The notes beneath the pieces are model-generated. The model searched no databases, was not told the DNA's origin, and worked only from the letters and a program-made list of their open reading frames with translations. A DNA stretch of 58,311 nt, filler included, from Trypethelium eluteriae (Eukaryota): the NCBI GenBank assembly GCA_051942245.1. It is 3 parts of 3 records of this genome, joined end to end, with 100 filler letters (N's around TTAATTAATTAA, not from the genome) between each part and the next. Parts side by side here need not be neighbours in the genome. Positions count along the whole stretch, not along the records: positions 19,509 to 38,880 come from JAVECL010000530.1; positions 38,981 to 58,311 come from JAVECL010000531.1; 1 more part is not named here. One strand, given 5' to 3'. The translations under genes and the position numbers were made by a program. Shown piece after piece: positions 37,463 to 50,138 of the stretch; within the stretch, counting starts at the first letter, position 1; every line of letters starts with the position of its first letter.

Positions 37463-38566
37463 ATGCTCCCGGGAATGTATCTTCGGCGGTCTGTACTTCG
37501 CCACAACGTTCTTTGTCTTAGACCTCCGGCATCAGATCGTACACAGTGCCGTGGTCCTCAGCGATGTCCTAATACCAGATCCTTGGACCACTCTTCCGCC
37601 AACATCAAGACTACCGGAAGCAATGCGAAGTTTATCTCAGAAGATAATAATATAATGGTCCTGGACGACGGCCGGAAGCTAGGCTACTCTGTCTATGGTG
37701 CTCGGGAGGGCTACTCGGTCTTCTGGTTTCACGGCTGGCCAGGTTCTCGTTTGCGTGCCAAAGCCAACCTTCTGAGATGCGGATCTAAGCTCAACATCCG
37801 ATTGATTGCCGTTGATCGTCCCGGCATCGGCCTTTCGGATTTCCAACCAAACAGAACGCTTCTCGACTGGCCCAAAGACGTCCAAGCGTTAGCTGCGCAC
37901 CTAGGAATTCGGCAATACAAAGTCATTGGCACGTCTGGAGGGGGACCTTATGCACTTGCATGTGCGAAAGCCATTCCCCCGTCCGAATGCTCGGCTGTAG
38001 GAGTTCTGGCCGGCGCGGCGCCCTGGGACTTGGAAAACACGCAATACCTGATCCGCTCTGTGCGTATCATCAGAAATATTGCATCTTGGTCATCTCTATT
38101 GCGGTGGCTCGCTATATATATCGGCGTTCTACAGAAGAAGAGATATGACAGGATTCGATTGCTTATCAGACAGACCAAACTCCAAGAAAGCCGGCGCCCA
38201 AGCACCAAGACGTCACGTACGGATCTTGTTCGCTTGGAACGCGATGTGAAGATTCAGGAATTAGAAAAAAGGAGTTTCGAAGAAAGCGTTCGACAAGGTA
38301 TTCGTGGACTTGCCGAGGACAATAGACTGCTGACTTCATCATGGGGGTTTGAATTGGAGGAGATTGAACGGAATGTCCTCTTGTGGTATGGTGAAGAAGA
38401 CAAAAAGACGCCGATTCGTGCAGGGTACAATATGGCGAGCCGCTTACCAAATGGAAAATTAAAGGCATACAGAGGCGAAAACCATCGCACTATAAGCAAA
38501 CACTTGGAAGAAATCTTGAAGGAATTAATAAACCATGAGGGGGTGTTTCGGGATTCAAGCGGGTGA
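37463..38566 (+). CDS. Alpha/beta hydrolase fold protein
   Basis: LDDGRKLGY, FHGWPGSR, AVDRPGIGLS, nucleophile elbow GTSGG, LWYGEED and late His (GENH). Single exon, divergent from het-c. Confidence 0.85.
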   Translation: MLPGMYLRRSVLRHNVLCLRPPASDRTQCRGPQRCPNTRSLDHSSANIKTTGSNAKFISEDNNIMVLDDGRKLGYSVYGAREGYSVFWFHGWPGSRLRAKANLLRCGSKLNIRLIAVDRPGIGLSDFQPNRTLLDWPKDVQALAAHLGIRQYKVIGTSGGGPYALACAKAIPPSECSAVGVLAGAAPWDLENTQYLIRSVRIIRNIASWSSLLRWLAIYIGVLQKKRYDRIRLLIRQTKLQESRRPSTKTSRTDLVRLERDVKIQELEKRSFEESVRQGIRGLAEDNRLLTSSWGFELEEIERNVLLWYGEEDKKTPIRAGYNMASRLPNGKLKAYRGENHRTISKHLEEILKELINHEGVFRDSSG

Positions 38567-38880
38567 AGTAGGACTCTTACATGGTATCATGAGGTAAACT
38601 CGGGCATAGAACGCCGCATTCAGAATAGAAGAAGCGTTTTAGAAATATTTTGTAATGTCTAGAAACAATAGAGATCCTCTCGGTCTTGGAACTCATACAT
38701 TGTTTCGTCGTATCTTGACGAGGCAAGCTCGAATCCGTGATGTAACACGTTAAGTATTCTAGGGTAAAGCTGATAGAGGAAAGAGTTTAAAAATACGAGA
38801 TTGGTATTCATTCTATATACTGCATTTTCATTATGGCCTCGCATGATGAGGCCACCCTCATCATGCTACGAGCTTTTCCC

Positions 38881-38980
38881 NNNNNNNNNNNNNNNNNNNN
38901 NNNNNNNNNNNNNNNNNNNNNNNNTTAATTAATTAANNNNNNNNNNNNNNNNNNNNNNNNNNNNNNNNNNNNNNNNNNNN
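38881..38980. other. Assembly gap with artificial six-frame-stop spacer
   Basis: 44 N + TTAATTAATTAA (38925-38936) + 44 N. Confidence 0.97.
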
Positions 38981-40421
38981 CCTTCGCGCTCCACCGCGCC
39001 CACGCACACCACCCGATCCTCCGCCTCGGCCCCAACAGCCTCTCCTTCCGCGACCCGGACTCCATCCGCGATATCTACAGCCACAGCTCGCAATGTACGA
39101 AGGCCGACATGTACGAGACGGCGCGGGCGGGCGGGCATGCGAATCTGCTGAGTGCGACGGACCGTGGCGAGCATGCGGTTAAGCGGAAGAGGCTGGCGGC
39201 GGCGTTTGCGGCGAGGCATTTGGCGGGGTGGGAGGAGAAGGTGAGGGATAAGTGTGAGAGGTTGGTAAGGGAGTTGGATGCACGGTGTGCAGGTGGGAAG
39301 GGGGGCTTTGGGGAATCTGAGAAAGGGGATGGGCGAGAGGTTGGAGGCTGGGTCGATTTCAGGTTGTGGTTTAATCTGTTTACGATCGAGGCGATTGCGG
39401 ATATTGCGTTGAGCGAGCGGCTGGGAGTGATCGAGGCGGGAGACGACGTTGTGGAGGTGTGGGATGAGAAGGGAACGATGCGGAAGGTGAAGTACATCGA
39501 CGCTGTCCATGGCATTGGTAGGGCGATAGCTCCGATCGTCTGGTCCAAGGATGGATACGCTGTACTGAAATGGCTGTCCAAGTGGTTTGAAGGTCCGAGG
39601 CAGCAGTGGGCTAATTTCGCGAACTTTGGAGACATGCTCCAACATCTCGTGCGTAAACGACTGCGCAGATATGAGGCCGGAGAAGACTGCGACGACTTTG
39701 TCAAGTGTCTACTTGAGGACAAAGAAGGTCAACCACTCAGTTTGAGTACTGGCGAGATAGCTGCAGAGGTATCTGTCTTCTGTAAGTTTTCCGCTTGAGG
39801 CCAGAGACCCCAAAAAACTGATCGGCAACAGTGGATGCTGGCTCCGATACTACTGCCATTGCTCTGACTCATGTTCTTTATCTTCTGCTTAAGAACCCCG
39901 AGAAGCTTGCGCGATTGAGAGAGTCCCTCAAGGCTTGTGGACAATTGGATATTCCATGGTATGACGCGGTGAAGCAGAATGCATACTTGCGCGCTTGCTT
40001 GGACGAGTCGCTTCGTCTCCTACCTCCCGTCTCTGCGGGTCTACAGCGCAAGACACCTCCGGGTGGATCTTCAGTGGGCGGCAAATGGATTGCTGGCAAC
40101 ACGCTAGTCTCGACTTCGGCGTATATCGCGCATCGCAATCCCGAAGTCTTTCCAGATCCAGAAGCCTTCCTTCCAGAGCGCTGGCTGAAAGACGATGCAA
40201 ATGAGATGCAGAAGTACTTCATCGCTTTCAGTGCCGGGGCGCGAGGCTGCATTGGTCGCAACCTGACGTACTTGGAGCAGACTGTGCTGCTCGCAACACT
40301 TGTTCGGCGCTATGATTTCGCATTACCAGACCCTAACTGGGAGATGCGATGGGAAGAGATGTTTAATTTCTGGCCGCACTCATTGCCTGTCATAATTTGT
40401 CGCAGGAGCGTGAATATGTAG
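38981..40421 (+). CDS. Cytochrome P450 (benzoate 4-monooxygenase-like); 5' end lost in the gap
   Basis: HPILRLGPNSLSF..IRDIYSH. I-helix DAGSDTT after intron 39782-39831, ExxR (DESLR), PERW and heme motif FSAGARGCIG. Confidence 0.92.
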
Positions 40422-40580
40422 TAAAACACTTATCACCTATGGTATGGTCAGCTATTGACCAGATCAAAAATCGGGGAGGTCTTAGATCTACTATAGTAGT
40501 GCATGCTTACAGATATTCGCAAATTCAATCTTAATTGCAGGAGTACGCCATGGCTCTCCCCATAGAGATCCTTCACCACT

Positions 40581-42374
40581 TCATGCTGTGCGATTGATAT
40601 GTGTCTGTAGCGTTCTGACCTTGCTTTGCGTATGGAAGCCCGTCCTGAGCTCCGTATCTTGGAGAAGTTCGATTGCCTGTTTGATTTTCGCTTGCGACAA
40701 AACTTGCTTTGCCGCTACAATGCAATGATCAGCTGGAAACGTTGAAAGCACAGACCAATCGTACCTGGAAGCAGAGCTTGTGTTGCATGCACCAAAGCGG
40801 CATCCGAAAGACCTGATAACGCTATATCAATGACTGCGTGCGTATTCTCTTGAGTTACCTGCTGCTCATTAGCATTGCTTTCTCAGATAGCTTCGTCAGT
40901 GAGAACTATTTACCTTGAACAGGTCGTGGTCTAGATGCAACTTTGGTGGATGCTCGTGCGGTCTATGCAAGAGCAGTAACATCTTGGCCACATGGTAGGT
41001 CTGCATTGCGATCGCTGCACGGACTTTCAATTAGTGGGGTATTCTGATATAGACTCTAGGAATGATGAAAGAGCTCTTCCGTACCTGCAGCGTCACTTGG
41101 AAACCAATAGCGAAAACTAGTCTCAGGCTCCGATATGCAACAAGTCATGGCGGTGAAATCGATCGTCCTATTATCGTACCAGTGATCAATCTCACTGTTA
41201 ATAAAGTTCCACCTTCTTGGGAAAGATTGCTGCCTGTTGGGGTCATGATCGCCATGGACAAGACATAAAACTTTAGCAAGAAGCCTCAGCATCTCGTTGC
41301 CAAGCAAATCCTCTGATTTCTCAGCAAAGTCCTGGGACAAATCGAGCACAGGCCAAATATCCGGATCCATAAGTGTCGGAGACTCATTGCAGAGAGCAGC
41401 ACCCACGTCGTGTCGGGCGTAAATCCAAAATGAAGCCAGCAATAGACCAGATTGAGCCTTGTGAGCCGAGAATGATTCTATAAGCGACCTTGTCCCTTGG
41501 AAGTGCCGCACATAATCTTTCCCGGGGCAAGCGAGCAACTCATAACTGGCGAGAAGCACAGAGGTTGCTAATGTCACATCGACCTGAGCCTTTGACTGAC
41601 CGAGAGCGTTCCGGAGAAGGCTCAAGCTTTGACCATAATGAGCTTCTGCAACAGTAGTCCAATACGGCGACGTCTTAACGATGCTTAGCTGCTGGGCAGC
41701 TAAAGCGCAGACTGAGTGAAGAAGCAAGCGTGATTTGGGGACGAGTCTTGTAAGTTCGCGCTGGTAGGTGGCATTACAATCAAAAAGGTCCAACCAAATC
41801 CCGATTCCATTTTGGTAAGCTTGCAATAAGTCGATCGTCTCCACACTTATTTTGAGATCTCCTAAGCTTGTCTCGTTTGATACTGAGATCGAAGTTGTAT
41901 CATCTTCACGAAATTCCGCGCCAGACTCAAAGTGTCTATTCACGACTTCCGAACTGTTCTGGGAGTCTAAAGCAATCCTCGTTTGAGGCTCAAAGGAAGC
42001 TGGTGTGCCATTGGTACTCTGCTCCCTGACAGACACGATGGATTGCGGAGTTGCCGCAGAGAATAATGGGGATTGACACCAGCTCGAAGGCACGATCAGT
42101 GCTGGAAACTGGCACACCAGACCGGACCTGCTGCAATTTTGGCACACAGGTCTCTGCTCATCACATTTGGTATGGCGTTTTCGGCAGCCGAAACTGTTTG
42201 ATCTCAACCAAAGAGTCGTGAAATTTCTGTATCGAAACCTTACCAACCTATAAATTACTGTTGGTTCGTTCTTGGGGATTGTTAGGGAAGCTGGGCCATA
42301 CCTGTGCGCTTTCTGGCCCCTCTGCGACGAGTGGCACCCAGCGCTCCTCCAAGTGTTCCACCTGTCGCAGCCAT
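40581..42374 (-). CDS. Zn(II)2Cys6 transcription factor with fungal-specific TF domain
   Basis: RKRTGCFGCRKRHTKCDEQRPVCQNCSRSGLVC assembled from exon 42374-42302, microexon 42247-42244 and exon from 42193. Middle-homology-type region with FWIYARHDV. Three more introns; stop at 40581. Confidence 0.88.
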
Positions 42375-43670
42375 TTGGAGCTTTTTAAAGTATGTGGCGC
42401 AACGGCCCGCAGGGTTCAGTCTGGTGAAGTACGGACCGCATGCGGACTATGACGGATTGCGACGGATTACTCCGTATTGGCTTAGAGTGTGGCCCAAATG
42501 TCGATTCATGAGTAAGATGTGCCCCACTAATCTCTACGAACCGATTGTACTCCGCCAAGCTTCGAGGATTGTACGCAAAGTCTTTGAAGCAAAGAATTGG
42601 CTTGCGATCTTTAACATGATTTCGCTGTGAGCCAGAAGCATGGTTCGTGAGGACGATCTTCATACCTCTATTCCAAAGAATTCTCTTTCACTACCGGTCC
42701 CACTCAGCTCATCTTCGAATCCACCTCCCATTGCGAACTCGAGTAAGCTTATTGTTCATCTCGACCTTCCTTAGGCTTCCAGCTCCAGCTCCAGCTCCAG
42801 CTCCAGTCTTGCTCCGCCTTCGCTCTCTATCCCTCCTAATCGACTTATCCCCTCAACTCCACCTCACGGTACTTACCGTCATCATACTCCCTGCGCGGCT
42901 TCTCCCGCGTTCGAGGCATATGCACGCCGTGATACGACGCGCAGTGATTCTGTTGCATCATGGGTTGAAACTGCGCAGACCGCGGCTGCTGCTTCTCGAA
43001 CCGCTAGAGTCCAGAACTGGAAGGGTAATTGGGGCAAATACCGGTAGCTTCGTGGAGGAAGAAGGCACGAACTACGATAAGATAAGTGCAATGCCCTGAG
43101 AACAAGTGATGTGAAGTAGGCGTGAGGACGATGTCGACTGTTTGTAAGATCAGTATGCTCGTAAAGAGGACAGTGGTGACTTGTCGAGTTGATTATCAAT
43201 ATTCTGGTCCAAGACCGAGAATTATGGACGATCTTAAGGGGTGCTCGAGCGACGAAATAAGAAAATACAAAGTCTTCAGACTATGCTCTTTGCCTCGATG
43301 GCCACGGTACAAGGTTTACATGGGATGCGACGGACGCCAGTAGCAAGTCACAGCGGACATACCTTACGGATTTAACCTAAACACGAGTCCGCAGTTGAAG
43401 CTTCACATTTTTCATCCGTCCCTAAAATCCGAGCTTTCATAAGGATAAATGATCGATCCCGCTGTTGGTGACTCTCAATTGAACAGCCTCCGCTGTGTTT
43501 CCTTCCCTCCCTTTCTGTAAATCCTGGATTTCCCGTTGAAATCGTACTCTCCAGAGATACATTCATACGAAAAAAGTGTCCGCACGTTGGTACGGGAAAA
43601 TTGGTGGGGGTTGCCCGAACACTTTTCTGTTAGTGCTGTAGTACTAACCGAAGCAAGAACAAACATCATC

Positions 43671-44834
43671 ATGGCCGCGCAGAAAATTGCCTACAATAAT
43701 CTTGGCCGCTCAGGTCTCAAAATATCCAAGGTGATCTTGGGTACTATGTCCTATGGCGCCTCAAGCTGGCAAGATTGGGTACTAGACGAAAAAGAATCGC
43801 TTCCGTTGCTCAAGCACGCTTACGACGTTGGTATTAACACCTGGGACACCGCAGATGTCTACTCGAACGGGGTAAGCGAGCAGCTTGTGGGCAAAGCATT
43901 GAAAGAATATAACATACCCCGCGAAAAAGTCGTCATCCTGTCAAAATGCTATTTCGGCGTCGCCCAAGATGGCAAACAGCTCTCAATCTCCGAAGTCTCG
44001 ACCAACGACAATGACTGGGTCAACCAGGTCGGACTAAGTCGGAAGCATATTATGGATGCTGTAGACAATAGCGTTCGCCGACTCGGTACCTACATTGACG
44101 TCCTCCAAATCCATCGGCTGGATCGCAGTACACCGCGCGAGGAGATCATGAAAGCGTTGAATGACGTTGTCGAGTCGGGCAAAGTACGGTGAGTCGCGTC
44201 CTATATCTCCAAGACCAAGCGATCCACGAAAAATTGGACGCTGACCTGCGCGTAAAGCTATATTGGTGCATCGTCAATGTACGCGTGGGAATTCCAGACC
44301 CTCCAGAATATCGCCGAGAAACACGGGTGGCATAAGTTCATATCGATGCAGAATTTCTACAACCTCATCTATCGCGAGGAGGAGCGCGAGATGATCCCAT
44401 ACTGCAAAGACACCGGCGTAGCGCTGATTCCGTGGTCGCCCGTCGCGAGAGGTAGACTGACTCGGCCTTGGGGTCAACGAGACACGACACGTGAGAATAC
44501 TGGTAAGCTACATACCTCCGGGGTCATCCCATTGGCACGAAGATGGATCTAATGCCTTCATCCAGACTGGTTCCTGCGTATGATGAAAACACGCGAGAAC
44601 GAAGTCGACCAGGCGATCGTGGATCGGGTGGAAGAGGTCGCGAAGAAGAATGGTATCTCAATGACAGGTGTGGCGACTGCGTGGTGTATCTCGAAAGGCA
44701 CGAACCCGATCATTGGCCTGTCGAGTAAGGAGCGCATTGATCAGGCGGTGGAAAATAGCAAGATCACGCTGAGTAATGAAGATATCGAGTACCTCGAGGA
44801 ACCGTACTTGCCCAAGCAAATCCAAGGACACTAG
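43671..44834 (+). CDS. Aldo-keto reductase (aryl-alcohol dehydrogenase-like)
   Basis: [67 protein letters not shown] and PWSP. Introns at about 44189 and 44503. Confidence 0.92.
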
Positions 44835-45531
44835 GAACTGCATTCAAGAAACGCACGTCGCTCTCTCGTGAAGAAGACGGGCTTTGGTGCTACTTGCTAG
44901 GCATGCGGTTGACAGAAAAAGTCCCACACCCAGACTGGGAGTTGTCTCATTACATACAACCAGCAGAACCAGTAGACTGCCTCCACAAGCCAATTCAATG
45001 AGATAACCAGTATAGACTTCATGCCTAGCAAACATAGAAAACCATGATTGAAACAACCGACTATTTAATATGGATAAGAATATGCAAGGAAAATTTGCAT
45101 CAGACGAGCTTTAAGTGCTATGGGCTTCCCCTGGTAGCTTACAATAGTCTATCCGAAGGTTTAGCAGCTGTTTAATTACTTGTGAATAGTAGTGTCTACT
45201 GGGAAAAGTCGGCTCCAAAGGTATCAATGATATACCTAATAGTTTATTCTGCATTTGATACGGAAATTATTGGTACCTAGTAGCTTTTACTCGTGTTGAA
45301 TGTGGGGAAGGAGGTGGGGTTCTCCGCATACCGGGCAGATGACTTCTTACGTCGTGCTTACCAGGGAGTGCATTAAGAAATACCTTATCAGTGCTACAGT
45401 ATTTGCGGCAGCTAATATTTTACCCTTCTATACTTCAGTAAAATATAGGGACTCCTGAATAGATTATTCATTAGAACATTGAGTTGATACAATACTCATT
45501 CAGGAATGCAAGAATGCTAGGTTCAAAGGAA

Positions 45532-47263
45532 ATGCGCGCAGTAAGATATTATGGGAAAGAAGACATCCGGATCGAAAAGATCCCGGAGCCAGAATGTAGA
45601 GATGGCATGGTCAAGGTATGAAAACATATGATGTCCGATGAGAGGGTTATTGTTGCTTCGATGATGCTTTGTGACGCTGCTTGTTCGAGGCTGCAGAGCT
45701 AACGTGTATCTGGGTTGGTAGATTGCTCCAGCATTCGTCGGTATATGCGGGACAGGTTCGTTGCTCACGTGTTTAACTCGGTAAATGTAGCGAACGACTG
45801 ATATCTTGTCAGATCTTCATGAATACCAAGGTAATTGATTCTAATGACGTGACGCAACTGGTGTATCTCATAACTGGACTGTTCTGACCATACCAAAGGT
45901 GGACCAAATTTTGCGCCTAAACATAAGCCCCATCCAGTCACGGGAGAGACAGTGCCTATTACAATCGGGCATGAGTTCTCGGGGACAGTGAAGGAAATTG
46001 GAAGGGGAGTTCAAGATCTGGCGATAGGCCAGAAAGTAAGCAATCCACATTAATACTGAAGCTATACGAGCGGTTTTGTGCCATGACTGAAGGACTGTTT
46101 CTAGGTCGCTATACAACCCAGCATCTTCTGTGGTGAATGCGGAGCATGTAAGAACAATGTTGAGAACGCCTGTCCAAACGGTGGGTTCATAGGATTAAGT
46201 GGTAAGTTGCTTGAGTTCTTAAAGCCCGAGAAACACATTGCATCTTAACAGAGCTTTCTGATAGGAGGTGGGGGAGGCTTGAGTGACTCCGTCGTCGTGC
46301 CAGCTAGGGCTGTACTTCCGTGAGTCTTCTTCTCGAGTCAGTTTCGTGTGGTTACATTAATGAAACAGGCAGGCTTCCCCCGAATGTTACGTTACAAGTC
46401 GGAGGTAAGCATGCCCCGTCCATTAGACAACAGTTGGGGTTTGGATTGACGGATATAGCCCTCGTTGAGCCGCTTTCTGTAGCCTGGCACGCAATCTCAG
46501 CATCACCTTTGACTCCATCATCTATTGTGCTCGTTTTGGGTGGGGGGCCTATCGGTCTCGCCATTGTTCAGTGCCTTCGTGCTCGTGGTGTTGGGAAGGT
46601 CATCGTATCCGAGGTTTCGGTGGCTAGACAAGCCTTTGCCAGAGATTTTGGTGCAGGTCTGGCCGCATATCATCAACTGAGCAATAAGACAGTGGCTAAC
46701 AGATGGAGACCACGTGCTTGACCCTCGAAACCATGATCTCGTGGCGACAAGTCAGGAACTAAGCAACGGAGAAGGCCCGGATATTGTGTTCGATTGCGCT
46801 GGGGTTCCGGCAAGCATCAATACGGCATGTCTATCCGTGAAGCCAAGAGGGACTGTGGTGAACGTAGCAATGTAAGGTTTTTATATTATTTTTATGTTCA
46901 AGTGGTCACTTCGTGGCTGACTGTACTCAATCTTGAAGATGGGAAAAGGAGATTCCTTTCCAGCCAAACATGCTTGTCTTCCGAGAAGCCAAGTATCTGG
47001 CTGTGTTGGGATATCAGAAGATTGATTTTGAAGAAGTTATCAACGCATTAGGATCCGGTACGTCCTGGATGCCCGGAAGAGCTCCGTCGGCTAAATCTAC
47101 AGTCGGATTTGCTAATTTTAGTCTATGGTCCATAGGAGCTTTGAAACCTTCGAAGATGATCACGCAATGCGTATTGCTGGAGAATGTTGTCGAAGGCGGT
47201 ATCAAAACGTTGATCGCTGAGAAGGATAAGCATGTGAAGATTCTGGTGGAAGTGGCCTCTTGA
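45532..47263 (+). CDS. Zinc-dependent medium-chain dehydrogenase ((R,R)-butanediol/sorbitol dehydrogenase-like), about 10 introns
   Basis: MRAVRYYGKEDIRIE, GICGTDLHEY, GHEFSG, structural-Zn CGECGAC..C, LVEPLSVAWHA, GGGPIG, VFDCAG and HVKILV. Confidence 0.88.
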
Positions 47264-47598
47264 TTACAGTAGTCTGCTTTCGCTCGCACACGGTATCTCT
47301 CTTAGTTTGCCACTCTTCAATACGCCTCCTTCGCAAAAATTTATCGATAAGTTGCTCCAATGTTGGAGTCCCGTCATAGATTGGATATGCTAGATCTTAG
47401 GTGAGACGAAAAGCTCGCTTATAGCACGTGAGTATCCACTCCGACGCGTAGCATGGTATGCGATGATGCATCAGAGACGAACCGATGGAACCTGGTGAGA
47501 TGTGTCATCGGCTCAAGTACCTGAGCAGGCACAAAGCACGGCCAATTGCTAGGATAGCCAGACACCATGAGAGGAAATTGCTAATGAGAAGGCATTGA

Positions 47599-49152
47599 TC
47601 AGGCCGGGGGCAGGAAGCATGAAAATAAACCAGCGTGTATGATCGCGTACATCACCATGCCTCGCACAATGATCTGAGATTGCGATCCAGAGGGCCTTTT
47701 TGCGGATGGATTAGTCCTCCTTTGGGTCGGCACGAATACCGAATGGTCTTCTACTAATTGAGAGGCGACCCAAAGGTACCAAACTGGGTAGCCTGAAGAA
47801 AGGCGGTTGATGATTTGGACATGAAAATAAGTCAGAGCCAAGACTGAGACGAGCAACTGAGGTAGAGCAAGTCGAAGTAGGATATTTTTGCGCGGAGCTT
47901 TCGTATTGGATGACACAGATCTTGAGTCGGATTTCTGACTCATGACGATATCCTCATTATGTGTATTGGATCGTGTATGCCTGTAATCAGCGGGTCTCGC
48001 CACCGATGTCAATATCTCGAGCGCAGAGACAATCAAAAAATAGAGCATAGGGCTGCTCAGGATAAAAAGTGGTATATTGGATATTTTCCAATACTTCAAA
48101 AAGCCCGTACCCCTTTAGAAGCGTCAGCATGCCGTTTGGCGACTCAAGCGTTGCATCATACCAATAATGTTTTTGGACCCACGTGTAAATGCTCGGTGTA
48201 AAGCTACCGTTACACCATGTCCTTGGGTAGCTGCTATGTGGACTGCTCCTGCAGATCTCAAAGAATGCGATGGCTTGCGGCCCAACGAAGCCGGCGGCGA
48301 GGAGAATTCCCGCTGCTCCGAGGGAAATGAACCTTCGCCATATAGGAAAGGACGTTATGTCCTGTACAAGCTCGCAGGATTCATGTATAAACTCAAAGGC
48401 AACCATCAAGCCATTGAAAAGACCATTGCTGCGCACAGTTGTGGCCAGGCCAAATAGCGTCCCGGCAACCAAAATAAACAAGTCCTGCGAAAATTTCCGC
48501 TGATCCTGAGCATTGCATGTGCTGTGAAGGAACAGCCATGTCCCGGCAAAGCTTAAGAAGCTGAATAACGATTCTGAGAATGGGGCCGAAAGGAAAAGGC
48601 CGGCCGGTGAGACGATATGTAGGACCGCAGCAACAAAAGCCGTCTTTTTGTCTACGCTTAGTGGATGCAATTTTTGGACAAGTGAATGTAGGACAAGCAC
48701 GGAAGCGAAATGGGATAGATGAGAGATGACAATCCCGGCCCAGACATGAGCCTCGACCGTGGTACACGAGGAGGAACACGCTACCACACTTCGTTAGCGC
48801 ATCAGCTTTTCGGTTTCTGACCAGCGGGATGACGTGAAGGAGCACCTTTGGCGATTAGCGAAAGTAATCTCGTGAAGCCCCAGCCAAACGCCCACTCTTG
48901 TTCGTAGACGTAACCACGTTCAGATATTTTGGCATAAAAAATGCCATCCCATCGAGTAAGTCGCATGAGGAGCGGAGAGAATGAGCCGCCGACATCCGGT
49001 CCGAGAGCATCACGCGCCAGAAGGAGGGCAGAGGAGGTATCGTATCCGAAGCCAGGACTGATGCGGGCAACGGCCATCAACAAGGCCTTCCACAAAACAA
49101 AACAGATCGTGAGGGACGCGATTGGCCGTCGTGCTGGCGTAAAATCGGTCAT
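47599..49152 (-). CDS. GPI18: GPI mannosyltransferase 2 (PIG-V)
   Basis: GYDTS, LTRWDGIFY..GYVYEQEWAF, SPAGLFLSAPFSESLF, RSNG, PSIYTWVQKHYW, YWKISNIPLF, HVQIINRLSSGYPVWY and terminal FLPPA. Two introns. Confidence 0.93.
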
Positions 49153-50138
49153 GTTAGTCAAGCTGACTGATAGCCTCAGGCTGTTCTTTTTAGCTGGTCA
49201 GAAGCAACGTGGTTGTTGGTACGGTAGGTACAAGACGTGCAAAACGTGACCCAACCGAATCTCACCTCATCAAAAGATGAAAAGGCGCACGAGTTGAGAT
49301 ATTGTTGGCGACGTTGGAGGTGGCGCATGCCAATAGTCATCCACGAGCCGTGGCTAGGGTATTCACACGGTCAAGGCGCCAGTCAGAGCTGCTGGAGTAG
49401 TCGACTGTGAAAGGTGTTGTCGAACAGGGGAACGACGCTCGCTATGGGTTAGCTAGGCGAAGAGAGCATTCAGCTGCACGAGGGACCTCTCACACCTAGA
49501 TGCGTCGTGTGAGCCCCGTGAAGAGCTGTACAAGGATTGGGACACGGCGGACTATCTGATTCGTCGGGTCGCGTGTTTCGGCGGTCGGGATGACGCTCGA
49601 GCCGGCAGATTTAGATTGATCAACGGCGCTGGCTGCGGGCTGGCGGGCTGCGGAACGCGATTCTTTCTCCGTTCGAAGAGTCCTACGGATCCCCGTGTTG
49701 TTCGTTCGCAGCGTTGCACCTTTGAAGGCTGCCTTGGGGGCCGTACAAAGAACATGTCGTGCCCACGACTAGTAGACTTCGACTCTCTTTTGTACCCGTC
49801 TGCTATTTACCCCCAAACTCCCTGCTCTCTCTCCTCTGTGCCCCTCTTTGAAACAGACTCTCGCCCCAACTGCGAGACTTGCTTTTCCTCTCATTTACGA
49901 CAGGCTGTGTTTGACCGTGCCAGGCGAAAGCATTCCTTCCATCCAGACTTGATATGTGTTCAGAGTTTCCCTGACTCCCATCTCTGCTGCTACCCCCTCA
50001 GCGCCGATAGCCCCGCTTTGAGTAACCACATAAAGTGCTGTTTGGGAGACCCGATTGAAGTTTGACATCTTTTCTTGATCACGGATTTCATTGCTCCAAG
50101 CCAATACGACATCTGACGGAAAACCATTGGCGAAGCGG

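Noticed and set aside
42647..43199. ORFs and a short (CCAGCT)n repeat between the TF and AKR genes
   Set aside because: No coherent gene model on either strand.
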